Positions 38,342 through 50,275 of a DNA stretch of 64,000 nucleotides are shown piece by piece. Positions within the stretch are counted from its first letter, which is position 1. Each line of letters begins with the position of its first letter. The position numbers and the translations under genes are program-made. The stretch lies in NCBI GenBank assembly GCA_026023565.1, contig JAPETS010000010.1:186001-250000 (forward strand). The letters are read 5' to 3'. Source of the DNA: Cirrosporium novae-zelandiae (Eukaryota). The notes under the pieces are model-generated. The model saw only the letters and a program-made list of their open reading frames with translations. It made no database searches and had not been told where the DNA came from.

Positions 38342-38975
38342 ATGGCAGACGGTTTGTCTATTGCCTCTTTAGAGTCTTATTCTCTTATTATCTTACTGAC
38401 TTGTTTGCGTAGTAAACCCAGAACCAGTTCCGGCAGCTCAAGTGTATGTGATATGGCTAGATATATTTGCGCATGATATAATACTTATCTTTGTTTCTAG
38501 GGCTTCCGTCGCTACTCCTATAAACCTCGTCCTATTCTCACTTTTCGTCCTGCTTGTCTATCTCCGTCTACGCCCTTCCGCCCCTGCGACTCTACCGAAA
38601 GGTCCCCCTCCTGTCGTCTTTCGTACTTTCACTCCCTTGACACTCTTACCTTATAACGGCACCAACAACCAACCAATCTATTTTGCAGTCCGTGGCAAGG
38701 TATTTGATGTCACACCTGGTCGCAACTTTTATGGTCCTGGTGGGCCATATCAGAACTTTGCAGGTCGAGATGCGACTCGAGGATTAGCCTGCCAAAGCTT
38801 CGATGAGGAAATGTTGACGTCGGATCTTGACGGCCCATTAGATGATCTAGCGGATCTAGGACCTGAAGAGATGGAGAATTTGAGGGGATGGGAGGAGAGA
38901 TTTAATGAAAAGTATCTGGTGGTCGGGGAATTGGTTCCAGTGGGAAGTGAAAAGGCCAAAGAAGCAGCATTGTGA
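38342..38975 (+). CDS. DAP1: Heme-binding MAPR / cytochrome b5-like protein Dap1
   Basis: Exons 38342-38351, 38413-38443, 38501-38975 give MADVNPEPVPAAQVASVATP, a TM helix, then GKVFDVTPGRNFYGPGGPYQNFAGRDATRGLA. Confidence 0.92.
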
Positions 38976-39659
38976 AGTCGGTTAGAAGGAAAAGAATGAT
39001 GATTTATGAGACATAGAGATATAACCATATCTTGACTGGTTTAAGATCGGGGGTAATCCCTGGCTAAGATCAGTGAGTATGATTGCGACCAAAAATGGGG
39101 ATGAACTTGGTTTAGTTAATTGAGGCGCAATGGCCGCGTCGGCATTTCAGTTTCGGAGTAAGGCACCAGAGCATGTTGAAGATATAGTTGCAACCTCAGG
39201 GGATTCAGTGAGATCGAAGGAAAGGTGTGTAGTTGATTCGGACCATTACGATCTCTATTAATTTATAGTATTTTATGCTGAATTCATTATTCGTAATGAA
39301 GGTCGTTTGCTCTTTGTTGTATTGTGTAATAATTGTAGACTATGGGGAAGTCGACCCCTGATTCGTATTCGTCAGTGGACATGGGTCGGATATCAAGGAC
39401 TTTTTGCGATTGCCTGGTCACCTCAGACGGTAGCCAAGACATTAACCTCAACATTACTTTCGTATCAACTTTTATTCTCTTTAGTTACCATTAACCACTA
39501 ATTAATCTACGGGAAAGAAAGAAAGATTTGGAATTGTGCTGACTTTATTGTTCTGGATACAAGAAAGAAATTCCAGTGTCCTCTTCGGGCTCAACATGCT
39601 GCCATCCCAGTAGTTCATTACTCCACCATCTGATATCTCATGCCTGTCTCGATTTCTCC

Positions 39660-42399
39660 ATGGGGGACCAAAAACCGTACAGGTACTCACAGTCCGATAG
39701 CTTGCCTATCCCTACATACGAGGAGGCTACCTCGTCCAGACCACCTTCTTCTCAGTCACATCTTGGTCCTGAAGAAATAAGCCATGATGCTGAGAGACAA
39801 GGCCTGCTCAGTCACCAAGACGGGCAGGAGAATGAACGCAACGGCTCCTCTCTACTTCGTCGACAAGATGGACACGAATACCACGCTCCGACCGTCGAGT
39901 CTGCGCGATCAAGCCTCGAGTTCCTTTCTTCATCCACAGCCTCCTCCCCAAGGAGTTCCGACGAAAGTCTCCGCAGGGAGATGGTTGAGATGGACGTTCT
40001 CGACCCCGAAGGCAATTGCGTTTCTGAGGGCTCCCCAATCGGCCATCGTCTATCGAAACACTTTACACTCATTACGAATACACTTTCCTCGATCCACCTT
40101 CCTTTTCGAAAATACATGCCCTCTTCCGAAGCCGTTCATGCGTGGTTAGCGGAGGCTCGAGATCAAAGACACATGCTTGCGCTTCGATTCTTCGCTATTT
40201 TCCTCGTCATGTCGATGCTCTACATTGTTTTTATATCAGATATATTTACCGTCAATGGGAGGGGTGCGATGCAAATGTACGATCCAGAATCTGTCAGAAT
40301 ATTTGTGCAGAGTCATGTCGACGAGTCCAACATAGAGAGTTATTTGGAATATTTAACACAGTATGATCATATTGCTGGTACGGAGGGTAATTATGTTTTG
40401 GCGAAATGGGTTCAAGGTCATTTTAAAGCTGCTGACCTTGAGGGGATTGAACTGGAACAGTTTGAGGTTTATCTCAACTACCCCCGGAAGGATGGACGGC
40501 GCGTTGCTATAATAGATCCACCAGAGCTGGCTTGGGAAGCCAAAATCGAAGAGGAAATGGCTTATAAGAATCCACCGCGAGAACAGACTTTGGTTTTCCA
40601 TGGCCATTCGCGATCCGGCAATGTCACTGGACCATTGATTTATGCGAATTATGGCTCTAGGGATGATTTCAAGACACTCGCTGATCGCGGCATAAATGTT
40701 ACAGGCTCAATCGCACTCGTCCGTTACTACGGAACCCAAGGAGATCGTGCATTGAAAATTAAAGCCGCTGAACTTGCTGGAGCGGTTGGATGTATTATCT
40801 ACAGTGATCCGGCAGAGGATGGATTTGTACAAGGCGAACCGTTCCCTAACGGAAGGTATATGCCAGAGGACGGGGTGCAAAGAGGAGGTGTTAGCTTGAT
40901 GAGCTGGATAGTAGGAGACGTCTTATCGCCCGGCTTCGCTTCTACCCCAGGAGAGAAGAAGCGTATTTCGAAGGACAACAACCCTGGTCTCAACAACATA
41001 CCTAGTATACCGCTTTCTTGGCGGGATGCCCAAAAGCTTCTCCAATCCTTAAAAGGACATGGAAAGGAATTGACTGATGATTGGGTTGGTGGTGTTCCCG
41101 AAGTTGAGTGGTGGAGTGGGGACCAATCGTCGCCCACTGTGCATCTAATGAACATACAAGATGAAGAGGAAAGGCAGCCAATATACAACGTACTTGGCCA
41201 AATCACTGGACTGGAACAACCAACCAAACCCATCATTATCGGCAATCATCGTGACTCTTGGTGTTTTGGGGCCGCTGATCCGAATGGCGGCACCGCAGTA
41301 ATGCTCGAAGTTGTACGCATTTTTGGCGAACTGAAGAGACTAGGCTGGAGGCCATTGCGGACCATTCAATTTGCCTCCTGGGATGCAGAGGAATACAACC
41401 TCGTCGGGTCTACAGAACACGTGGAAGCAAGAATAGATGATTTACGTCGCGATGGTTTTGCATATGTTAATGTTGACGTTGCTGTAATTGGCTCCAATTT
41501 CACTGCAGCTGGCTCACCACTGTTCCAGAAGCCTCTACTTCACGTCCTTGACCGAGTAAGCGACCCTCTCAGCAACCAAACGTTAAGAACCATCTGGGAC
41601 CATGAAGGAAAGAAACTTGAAGGTTTAGGAGCTGGTAGTGACTATGTAGCGTTTCAAGATCTCGCGGGAACTTCCAGCATCGATTTAACATTTGATGGCC
41701 CGAAATTCCCCTATCACAGCTGTTATGAAAATTTCGACTGGATGACCCAATTTGGTGACCCTGGATTTCTCTACCACAAAGCCATGGGACAAATCATTGC
41801 ATTACTAATACTTGAACTCTCTGATCGACCAATTTTACCCTACGATATGGTGGCCTATTCTGATGCTATACTGGGCTATGTAAATGATATTAGCTCTTAT
41901 GCATCTCATCGCATATCAAAGGCGGAGAAGGATGGAAGAAAGCCAACCCTGGACCTAAGTCGGCTATTTGACGCAGCAAAAGGCTTTCAAAAGAATTCTA
42001 GGGAGTTTCATGATTGGGACAATACGTGGGAAACGATGGTATATGGCAGTGGGTTCGAGAATAATGTCATGGCAATTAAGCGGATGAGCCATAACTCGAG
42101 GATGGCGAATTTCGAAACCCATTTGTTAGACTTGGAAGATGGTGGAGGGGTAAGTTTGCTTCTTCTTTTTCTTTTTCTTCTTCTTGACATTGGCACGAAA
42201 CTGATGGATGATATAGCTTCCTGGACGAGAACAATTCAAACACATTCTCTTTGCACCCCAAGCCTGGTCGGGATATGACGAAGCATTCTTCCCTCTTATT
42301 CGGGATGCCGTCGATGCAGATGACTGGGATGCAGCACAGAAGGCGGTGAATAGAGTTTCCTCGATACTTGGTCATGCAAGCCGGAAGCTCCTCCATTGA
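39660..42399 (+). CDS. Type II membrane M28B glutamate carboxypeptidase-like protein (Tre2/Vps70 family)
   Basis: PY-like IPTYEEA, one TM helix, PA domain (YANYG...IIYSDP...GVQRG), M28 motifs GNHRDSW, GAADP, WDAEEY, YVNVD, YHSCY. Intron 42150-42217, then LPGREQFKHILFAP. Confidence 0.9.
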
Positions 42400-43626
42400 G
42401 CTGTAAATAGTGATTATTGTTTGAGAGGGTGTACAAGAAGACAATTTCTCATTGCAAGGCGTTGTTAGGATTACAGACTAGGCAGGTCTTTGAATCGATA
42501 TCTTGGGATAGTATCTTATTTGATTTTTGAGAATTAAATGGCAATTTGTAGGTTTAAAAGGAAAGAATAGATAGTCTATTGCTGCCAGACCATGCAAGGA
42601 AGTAGAGTTATTAATTAGATGTGCATCTTACCAGTATCAGTATCGGTATCAGTACTAGTGCCAATACTTTCCATGTACTGTACAGGACATGTACATGCAC
42701 ATGTACCCAAGTATTCACGGCATTCTTATGCCTGGAAGGGAATGCCCTGATTCCTGATGCCAATTCTGCCTTAGGCCAAGGCACCGGTTACATAATAAAG
42801 CAAAAAGGAAAGGTTCGGGATGAAGTTTATTCCGTCGGGATGAGCAAATACCTAAAATTCCCGCTACCAACACCTGAGGTCAAGTCAATTTGCGAGCTGA
42901 GTTCTTTGGGGGGTTTCCTTTGGGGGGGTGGGGGGGGGGGGGTTACTTGGGGGGGAGGCGTTACTTATGGGGCGGGGGGGTGTTTCTGGGTTGTTGTGCA
43001 CAGATCGATAGATGGATGCATCAGATGAGACATGGATGGCTAAAACTCTCTAAAACTCCTCAAAGCTCCCCAAACTCTCCCAAAATAAGAGGAATTCCAA
43101 ACGCATCCCCCCCTGACGTATGCCGTCGATTACAATCACTTGCAATCGATGCATCGTTTCATCGCATTCTGCCGTGAAGCCTGCCCGTATCCCTCCTTGA
43201 TCCCTCGTTTCTATTTCTCTCATGATTTCATTCCCGTCTTGCTGACAACCCATTGGGGACACCCCCCCCCCCCAGCTTCTTCTCTCAAGCTCCCTCTGCC
43301 AATCTTTCAAGCTTGGAAGCTTGCCCCCCCCCCCCCCCCCCCTCTCACACTGTTCTATTCTCCTAGGTAGTGTTCCATTCCCCCATTCTCACTCGTCTCG
43401 CCCTTTTTCTTTGCTTCTTTCTCCTTCGTCCTTTACATCCTCCACTCACGCTCTTAAAACTAGGAGATCCATCTCTCCTTCAACCATTCAATACTTGGTC
43501 CCGCTTATTCTTTTGTTATTCTGCTCTCGTTTCGCTCCCTGCATCTTTGAAATCTTAAAAAAAAAACAAGTCCAATCGCAAGGAATATTTCGTCTAGCTG
43601 CCTATTCTCTTACCTCCTTATTCGCT

Positions 43627-44452
43627 ATGTCTACACGCAAGAGAAAGCAGGAACTTGAAGAGGAAGAGGAGCTGCAGGCGCTTCCGTCCGATGAGAGCGA
43701 GGAAGAAGAAGAGTAAGGCTTTTCTCTCCGTCTCTTATTCATCCGATTATCATTTATTTTAGATCATCAATTGCAGGTTCATATTTCTATAACCGCAACA
43801 ACAGCACTGACATGTCATAACAATGATATAGATATGAAGAATCGAACGCAACCACGGATGCTGAAGATGAAGAAGCCTCTGATGAAGATGATGACTTGGG
43901 AGAAGAATTCGAGGAAGACCCTGTAGAAGAAGGTATCGCGCAACACATCCCCATTTCCCCCCCTCTTCCCTATTTATTCACCAGTCATCACTAACACATT
44001 ATATCCATCTCCCAGCGCCCCCAGCCGCCAAAAAGCGCAAATTAGAACCCACGACTACAGACCCCATCCTCACCACCACCACAACTACAACGGCAACCTC
44101 AAACGGCACATCTAAAGCCGCAGCTCCCGCCGTCGAAGCACCCCGCGACGAGGACGGAGTCGACGAGGTATCTGAGCTAAATGAAGAGGATGCGACTGTA
44201 CCTGAACTTGCAGATGAGGAAGACGGCGAGGAAGAAGAAGTAGAAGAGGATGAGGAGATTGGTGGTGGTGAAGAAGATGAAATCGAGAATAACAATGGGA
44301 TTGCGCCGACGATGAAAAATGGGCTTGGTGCTGGTGCTACCAGCACCGGTGCTCCTCCCGTCAAGAGCGTAAAGGCGGCTATTGCTCCCGAGGGAGCTGA
44401 GCTGGAAGAGGTGGAAATCGGGGATGAGGATGAGGATGAGGATGAGGAGTAA
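43627..44452 (+). CDS. Highly acidic low-complexity protein with NLS-like motifs
   Basis: Exons 43627-43712, 43832-43932, 44016-44452 splice in frame: MSTRKRKQ...LQALPSDESEEEEEYEES...PPAAKKRKLE...GDEDEDEDEE*. Mostly absent from the ORF track. Confidence 0.8.
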
Positions 44453-44454
44453 GT

Positions 44455-46270
44455 AACCTAACCTACCCACCTACCTAGTGTAGGTTGTTGTACTGGTGGT
44501 TTTTGTTTTCATTTTTGCTTTCGGCTTCGTGTTGGTTTTTAGTATTTAGGGGGAGGTGTAAAGGATTTCTTTAGCGATTATCTATGCTATGCTATGCCAT
44601 GCCATGCCATGTATGGATTTGATGACTATGTAATCCAGCTACAAGAAATCACACTTTTTGCTCATCCATCTAATCCATTTACTTAACTCAATCCAATCTA
44701 GCCTCGAGATGATAGAAGTCTTTTGTTTTATGCTTATTGTTTATTATTGTTGCTTCGTTCATCATCGTCCCTCCTCAGCTACTTCTTCTTCTCATCTAAA
44801 CCATCCCCCTCTCCTCCCATCTCCCTCCAAAAAAGAAAAAAAAAGGAACCAAAACCCTGAATCCTCAAAACGATAGATCCATCTTATCCATCCATCCATC
44901 CATTCGTTCATTACCAAAAACGGAATGGAATGAAATGAGGGATGAGAAGAGGGGGGTCGGGGTTTGGTGTTGGAGGAATACCTAGCCAGCTAGCTACATC
45001 TTTCTCTCTCTCTCTATTTTGTATGAAAAAAAATAACTTCATGTCCATTCTTTCTTTCTTTGCGTATGATAATAATAATAATAATTTTTCTTGTTGATGC
45101 GTACAAAATATGTATGAAAAAAGTAAATAGTCATTTAGCGTGTTTGTTATTGTTATTGTTGCTTGTTATTGATCAAGATTCCCCCCACCTCTTAATTATC
45201 TTTTTTAAAAGGATCTAACTTATCTTCTAAGCAAAAAAAAAAAAATGTACATTTATTTCATACTTCCTATCTCCTTTTTTTTTTTTTTAAAAAAAAGGGG
45301 GGGGGAAAGGGGAAAGGGGAAAAAGGGAATAAGGATATGGGGATGGACTTGTGAATGTGGGCGTTATTTGTGTTATTTGTGGTTATATCCAATTTATACA
45401 TTTGTATATGTACATCTAGAAGGAGTGGGGGGGATGAGAGAGAGGGAGAGGGAGAAGGGAGGTGGACGACATTTTATGTGAGTATGGTGGAGTTGAGTTG
45501 AAATGAGTGAGAGTGAGAGTGAGGTGGTATATGATATGATTGAGTTTGGGAGTTATGGGAAGAGGTGGGTAGGTAGGGTAGGTAGGGTCGGTAGTTAATG
45601 GGTTGATTTTGTTTGTTTTTTTTTTTTTTTGGAGAGAGAGAGAGAGAAAGATGCTGTGCTGTGCTATGCTATACTATACTATGCTGACGTGAGTTTACTT
45701 GCTTATGGGGACTAAGACATATGTATTGTGTACTATGTACTATGTATGTACTTTTATTCGTTCCTTCATTCATTCATGATTGCTTTAACTTGCTTGACTT
45801 TGCTTTACTTGTTATGGGATTTTGGATTTTACTTCTGCCCTCTGCCTTTTAACTACTGCTACTATTACTGCTGGTCGCCGTCGTCGTCGTGACTACGGTA
45901 GATATTGCTACAAAAAGAGAGAGGGGGGATGTTTGTGTTTGTGTTTGTGTTTGTTTGGGATTATATATCTGTTTCTTTTCTTGTTTGGGGAGGGGAAGGG
46001 AGGGGGAAGAAGGGGGGGGGGGGGTGTTGGGTTGGGATATGAAAAATGAAAAATGAAAAAGGGGGGGGATTACAAATTTCAATGTCCTTATTATGGTATA
46101 TTTATAACTATGTTTATCCTGGACTTGAACTTGCTTCACTGAGCTGAGCTGAAGAGAGGGGGCTATAACATCACATCCTATCACAATTCACTCCCTCACT
46201 CACTCAAGCAGAACCAAAATAGAATCACAATAACAATAACAATAAATTTCATAAAAGAAAAGAAAGAAAG
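44455..46270. repeat. Low-complexity convergent spacer with many microsatellites
   Basis: (CCTA)n, (ATGCC)n, (TCCA)n, (AAT)n, (GA)n, (GTTTGT)n and poly-T/A/G runs. Confidence 0.8.
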
Positions 46271-46306
46271 GCCAGGGGGCGAAGCACATCTATACACCTT
46301 TAGGCT

Positions 46307-46680
46307 TTAGAACGAAGTTCCGAATTCTAATACTGGTTTTACTACTTCTTCGTACCCATAGCCTTCCCCCTTTACAACAGCCGAAAGTGATGTTGTTGTT
46401 GTTGTTGTTGTTATCTGACCCGAGGATGTTTGTGTGTCGGCTTCTTCTTCTTCATCCCTCTTTTCCGTTATAAATGACCATGACGTCTGATATATATACC
46501 CCTTTCAGAACGATGTTCCGAATTCCAATACTAGCTTCACCACCTCCTCATATCCTTCCTTTGAGGCCGAAAGTAGTGTTGTCTGGCCTTCGTCCTTTTC
46601 TCCTTCTTCTTTATCTCCCTTTTCAGTTGGAAATGCCAATGACGACGTCTGATCTATTATATTACCTCCTTCGGTGTCCC
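46307..46680 (-). repeat. Diverged tandem duplication of the NLR C-terminal module
   Basis: 46307-46504 encodes ...YQTSWSFITEKRDEEE...GQITT...LSAVVKGEGYGYEEVVKPVLEFGTSF*, matching 46505-~46670 (DQTSSLAFPTEKGDKEE...GQTTLLSASKEGYEEVVKLVLEFGTSF*). Confidence 0.9.
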
Positions 46681-49530
46681 CTCCAGCAGCCCCATACTCT
46701 AGCAGGACCTTCACTACACCCCCATGCTTATTTTTCACAGCCTTTAACAACGGCGTCTGGTTCCTGGTATCTTTGACACCTATTATCTCAGCACCCCCAG
46801 GGTGTTTCAGCAACGTCCTCACCACATCTTCATGTCCCTTTTTTGCGGCATAGGATAATGCGGTTTCATCCCATTTGTTCTTGGCGTTTATTTCGGCTCC
46901 ACAGTCTAATAATTTTCTTACTATTTGGTCGTGTCCCTTGAAGGCTGCCTGCATTAATGGGGTTTGGTTCAAGGCATCTCTGATATCGATTTGAGGTTTT
47001 TGGGTTAGTAGTATTTGCACCGCGGCTGAGTGGCCCCCTGAGGCTGCGTAGTAGAGCGGTGTTTGGAGGGATTGATTTTGGGCGTCGATTTCGGCACCGT
47101 AGCTTAAGAGGGTTTGCATTACGGTGCTGTGGCCGTTTATTGCTGCATAGAATAGGGGTGTGTTGTTCCATTTATCTCTGGCATTGACTCTGGCGTTTCG
47201 TTCTAATAACATCTGAGCCATCTCTTCATATCCGTACTTTGCTGCATAGAATAGCGGGGTTTGGTTATCGCAGTCCTCGATGTCAACGTCGATATTTCCT
47301 TGGAAAAGATATTTTAGTATCGTCTTCAGGCAAAAGAAGGCGGCAAGGTGTATTCCGAGAACGATTTTGTTGGCGTTTCGAGTGTACCTGGGAGTTCCGA
47401 GGGATGGGAGAAGTAGGATTTGAGTCGAACTTGCGACTTTGACACTGTCCGTAAGGAATCTTAATGCTAGCATTTGCACACTCTCCTCCGGATCTCCACG
47501 GATATGATTACCCCAATTTCGGGCAGCATACTCATAAAAGGGGTACTGTTGTAACCGATTTTTGCGCTTTTCATCGGTCAAGCAGCGACCTTCTCCAAAA
47601 GCATCGAAAAGCAGATAAGTGAGGCATGTCTCCGTAATCTCCTTCTGCGAATTAGAAAACCACTTCTCTTTTGTCTTTTCAAAATACTCCTGAACTGTTG
47701 TATGGACCAAGCGTACTTGGTTACTCTGGACATCCACGGTGATTAATCCAGCACAAACTGAAACGAGTAGTGATTCGTCTGTGATTCCATCTTCATCAAA
47801 GTCTATATCTTCAAGCTCGACAGCTAGAGCATGCTGCAACTCCCGGAGTTGAAGCGGTCGAAAGGCATTTGAGACCCACGAAAGAGCTCGAAGTGCGAGT
47901 TTGCTGTCTGCTTCGCCTTGACCTTTGATTCGCACCATCGCGTCATTATAAATATCATCTAATTTAGTTGGAAGACGGTTCAAAGCATCCCGTACACCCC
48001 TGAGGCTCGTTTGGCTACCAAGATGGTCTAGGTATAAGCGTGGTAGTAAAAACCTAGTACGGTATTAAACATTATCATTTCAATGTAGAAATGCTACATG
48101 ACATACATGCCTTGGGCGCTTTGGACCAGCCGGTCTACAATTGAAGCTCGATGAGCCTCATTCCGCATGTGACTAGCAAACCTGAATTTGGAACTAGAAA
48201 TTCGAAAGTTTAGATATGATCGAATATCTGACTCTGTCGCATGAATATCAACGCGGGTGTAATTTATCAGCTGTTTCTCAATATTAAGTATTTCCCTGGA
48301 AGTCAGGAGTAGTTTACAATATGTCGACCCTCGGACATGTTGTTGCAAGTCTTGCAAGTAGCGAATCAAGTTTTTTCGGGACATGTTGATATCTTCCTGT
48401 TCATTCAGATGTTCATCTAAAGCATCTATAATGATGAAGGACGTCCTAAAGTCTTCTAACAAGAATGAAAGCATCATTGAAGATTCATCCAGTGAGGGCG
48501 GGCTTTGACGGTTATCATGTTTAACATAGCATTCTTTCACTACGCGGGGTATACTTTTGCATTGCAGGACTAGCTGTTTCACAAGACTTGAAAGGAGGTT
48601 CGACGTGGTCTGATTGTTGCCATCTTTATAGTCACAGTAGATAAACCCGATGGCAATGTCTACTCCTGAAACCATAGATTTCAAATTATTAACGACAATT
48701 GATCTAGAAGAGCATCAGTACATGATTCAAGCTATAGAGAAAACCTTACGTCATGACCGACTTCCCTGCTCCGGCTGGATTCAATTTAGCTTGGTATGAA
48801 ATCAGCAGAGAATTATTCAATACCTACGAATTCCAGGACACCACAATGTTGTAGAAGTGTTACCATCCCGCCATTGCTTAAACTCATCCAGGGCCAAGAA
48901 CCACTCTCCTGTCCCAGGGTGATGCCTAGAAAATATGTCGTCCTGCTTGTCGTCAAAGTTGAGATGAGAGAGCCAGGCCAGTATCCTCTGATTTTCTTCG
49001 ATTTGATACCATTCTTGCTGTTCCTTTCTGATCTCCTTGACTTCATTATACGTGGTTGCTACTAATGTGGCTGTATCTATTGATACCATCTGATTGAATA
49101 TTCGGCATTGTCGATGAAGCTTTTCAATAACCTTTATGGTATCTTTGGTGAGGAAAGGCGCTTTGAATCGTTCCCATCCTAACCGATGCCCCGACACTCT
49201 TTTCTTGAGCCCATTCAAGAATTCTTTCAGCTCCCGCTTGCACTCTTCTAACGAGAGCTTAGTTTCAGCAGTTGACGAGGTATTGACTTCCAGGTGCGAT
49301 AGAAGAGCCGGAGGACGGTCCACAAAAGCATTGGCAAAATTTTTGTTAGACATAAGATTGGCAGTTTCCAACAATGCTGTTCTTAGACTTTCGAGCTCCA
49401 TTTTGAAGCCTTTGACATCTTTGGGTGCATCCTTCCAATCAAGTCCAAACTGGACAACAATTTTTGTAATTTCGATTGTTAGACTGACAACGCCAAAGAC
49501 ACTGGCTGCAACACCGAAAGGTTCGGCCAT
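46505..49530 (-). CDS. Fungal NLR: HeLo-like/SesA-type N-terminus, NACHT, ankyrin repeats
   Basis: MAEPFGVAASVFGVVSL start. Exons 49530-48828, 48774-48750, 48703-48107, 48053-46505. Walker A CPGIPGAGKS, Walker B IIIDALDE, GMFLL, RPLQLRELQHALA, about 7 ankyrin repeats (QTPLFYAA etc.). Confidence 0.92.
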
Positions 49531-50275
49531 GGACTCACAGATCAATAATGCAAGCGCCAATTGGAATATTCACGAGCTCTCATAGGTCTATAATTGGATG
49601 AACCGCAGGAGGGGCTGATATTACCAGTAGTGTCCTATATCAGGGCTCTCTTCATCTGCCGTATTCTTTCCCTCATGTTTACCGAAGTAAGGAAATTATA
49701 ATCAATGTAAAGAATAGTAAATATGTAATTAGAACTGTTATCATTTAGACGCCCATTCTGTAGGAATAATAGCCTACATAATGAGCTAATGAAATACAGG
49801 ACATGCGTGTAACAGATCAATGCCTCGCTAAAATAAAATACACGGTGCTTTTATGAACCGTAATTTCTACCCGGGATGTATAGTCGATAGCCGGAAGCTA
49901 ATTATCCAGTCAGTCTATCAATAGGATATGCTTATACATTAAATAGTACTTGCTTGGAATAATTCATTTAATACAATCAGTGAACAGTGAGTGATAGACA
50001 ATGTCCGTAACTAGTTCTGTTCATTTCCAGTCGGATGACAACCATACATGTACTCTACCATAATAGACGAAGACAAGTTATGACAATTCGAAATACGCTA
50101 CAAGATATTGCAGATCAATTGTTAATTGCTACTATCGTGCATTATCCAATCAAGGTAATTCATTCAAGCATATGTTGATACCCTACAGGAAAATCTTACA
50201 TTAATATTTCTAACATGCTATGGTAGACATCAATCTATTTATCAAGTCCTTAACCAAACAAACAGCACCCCGACC

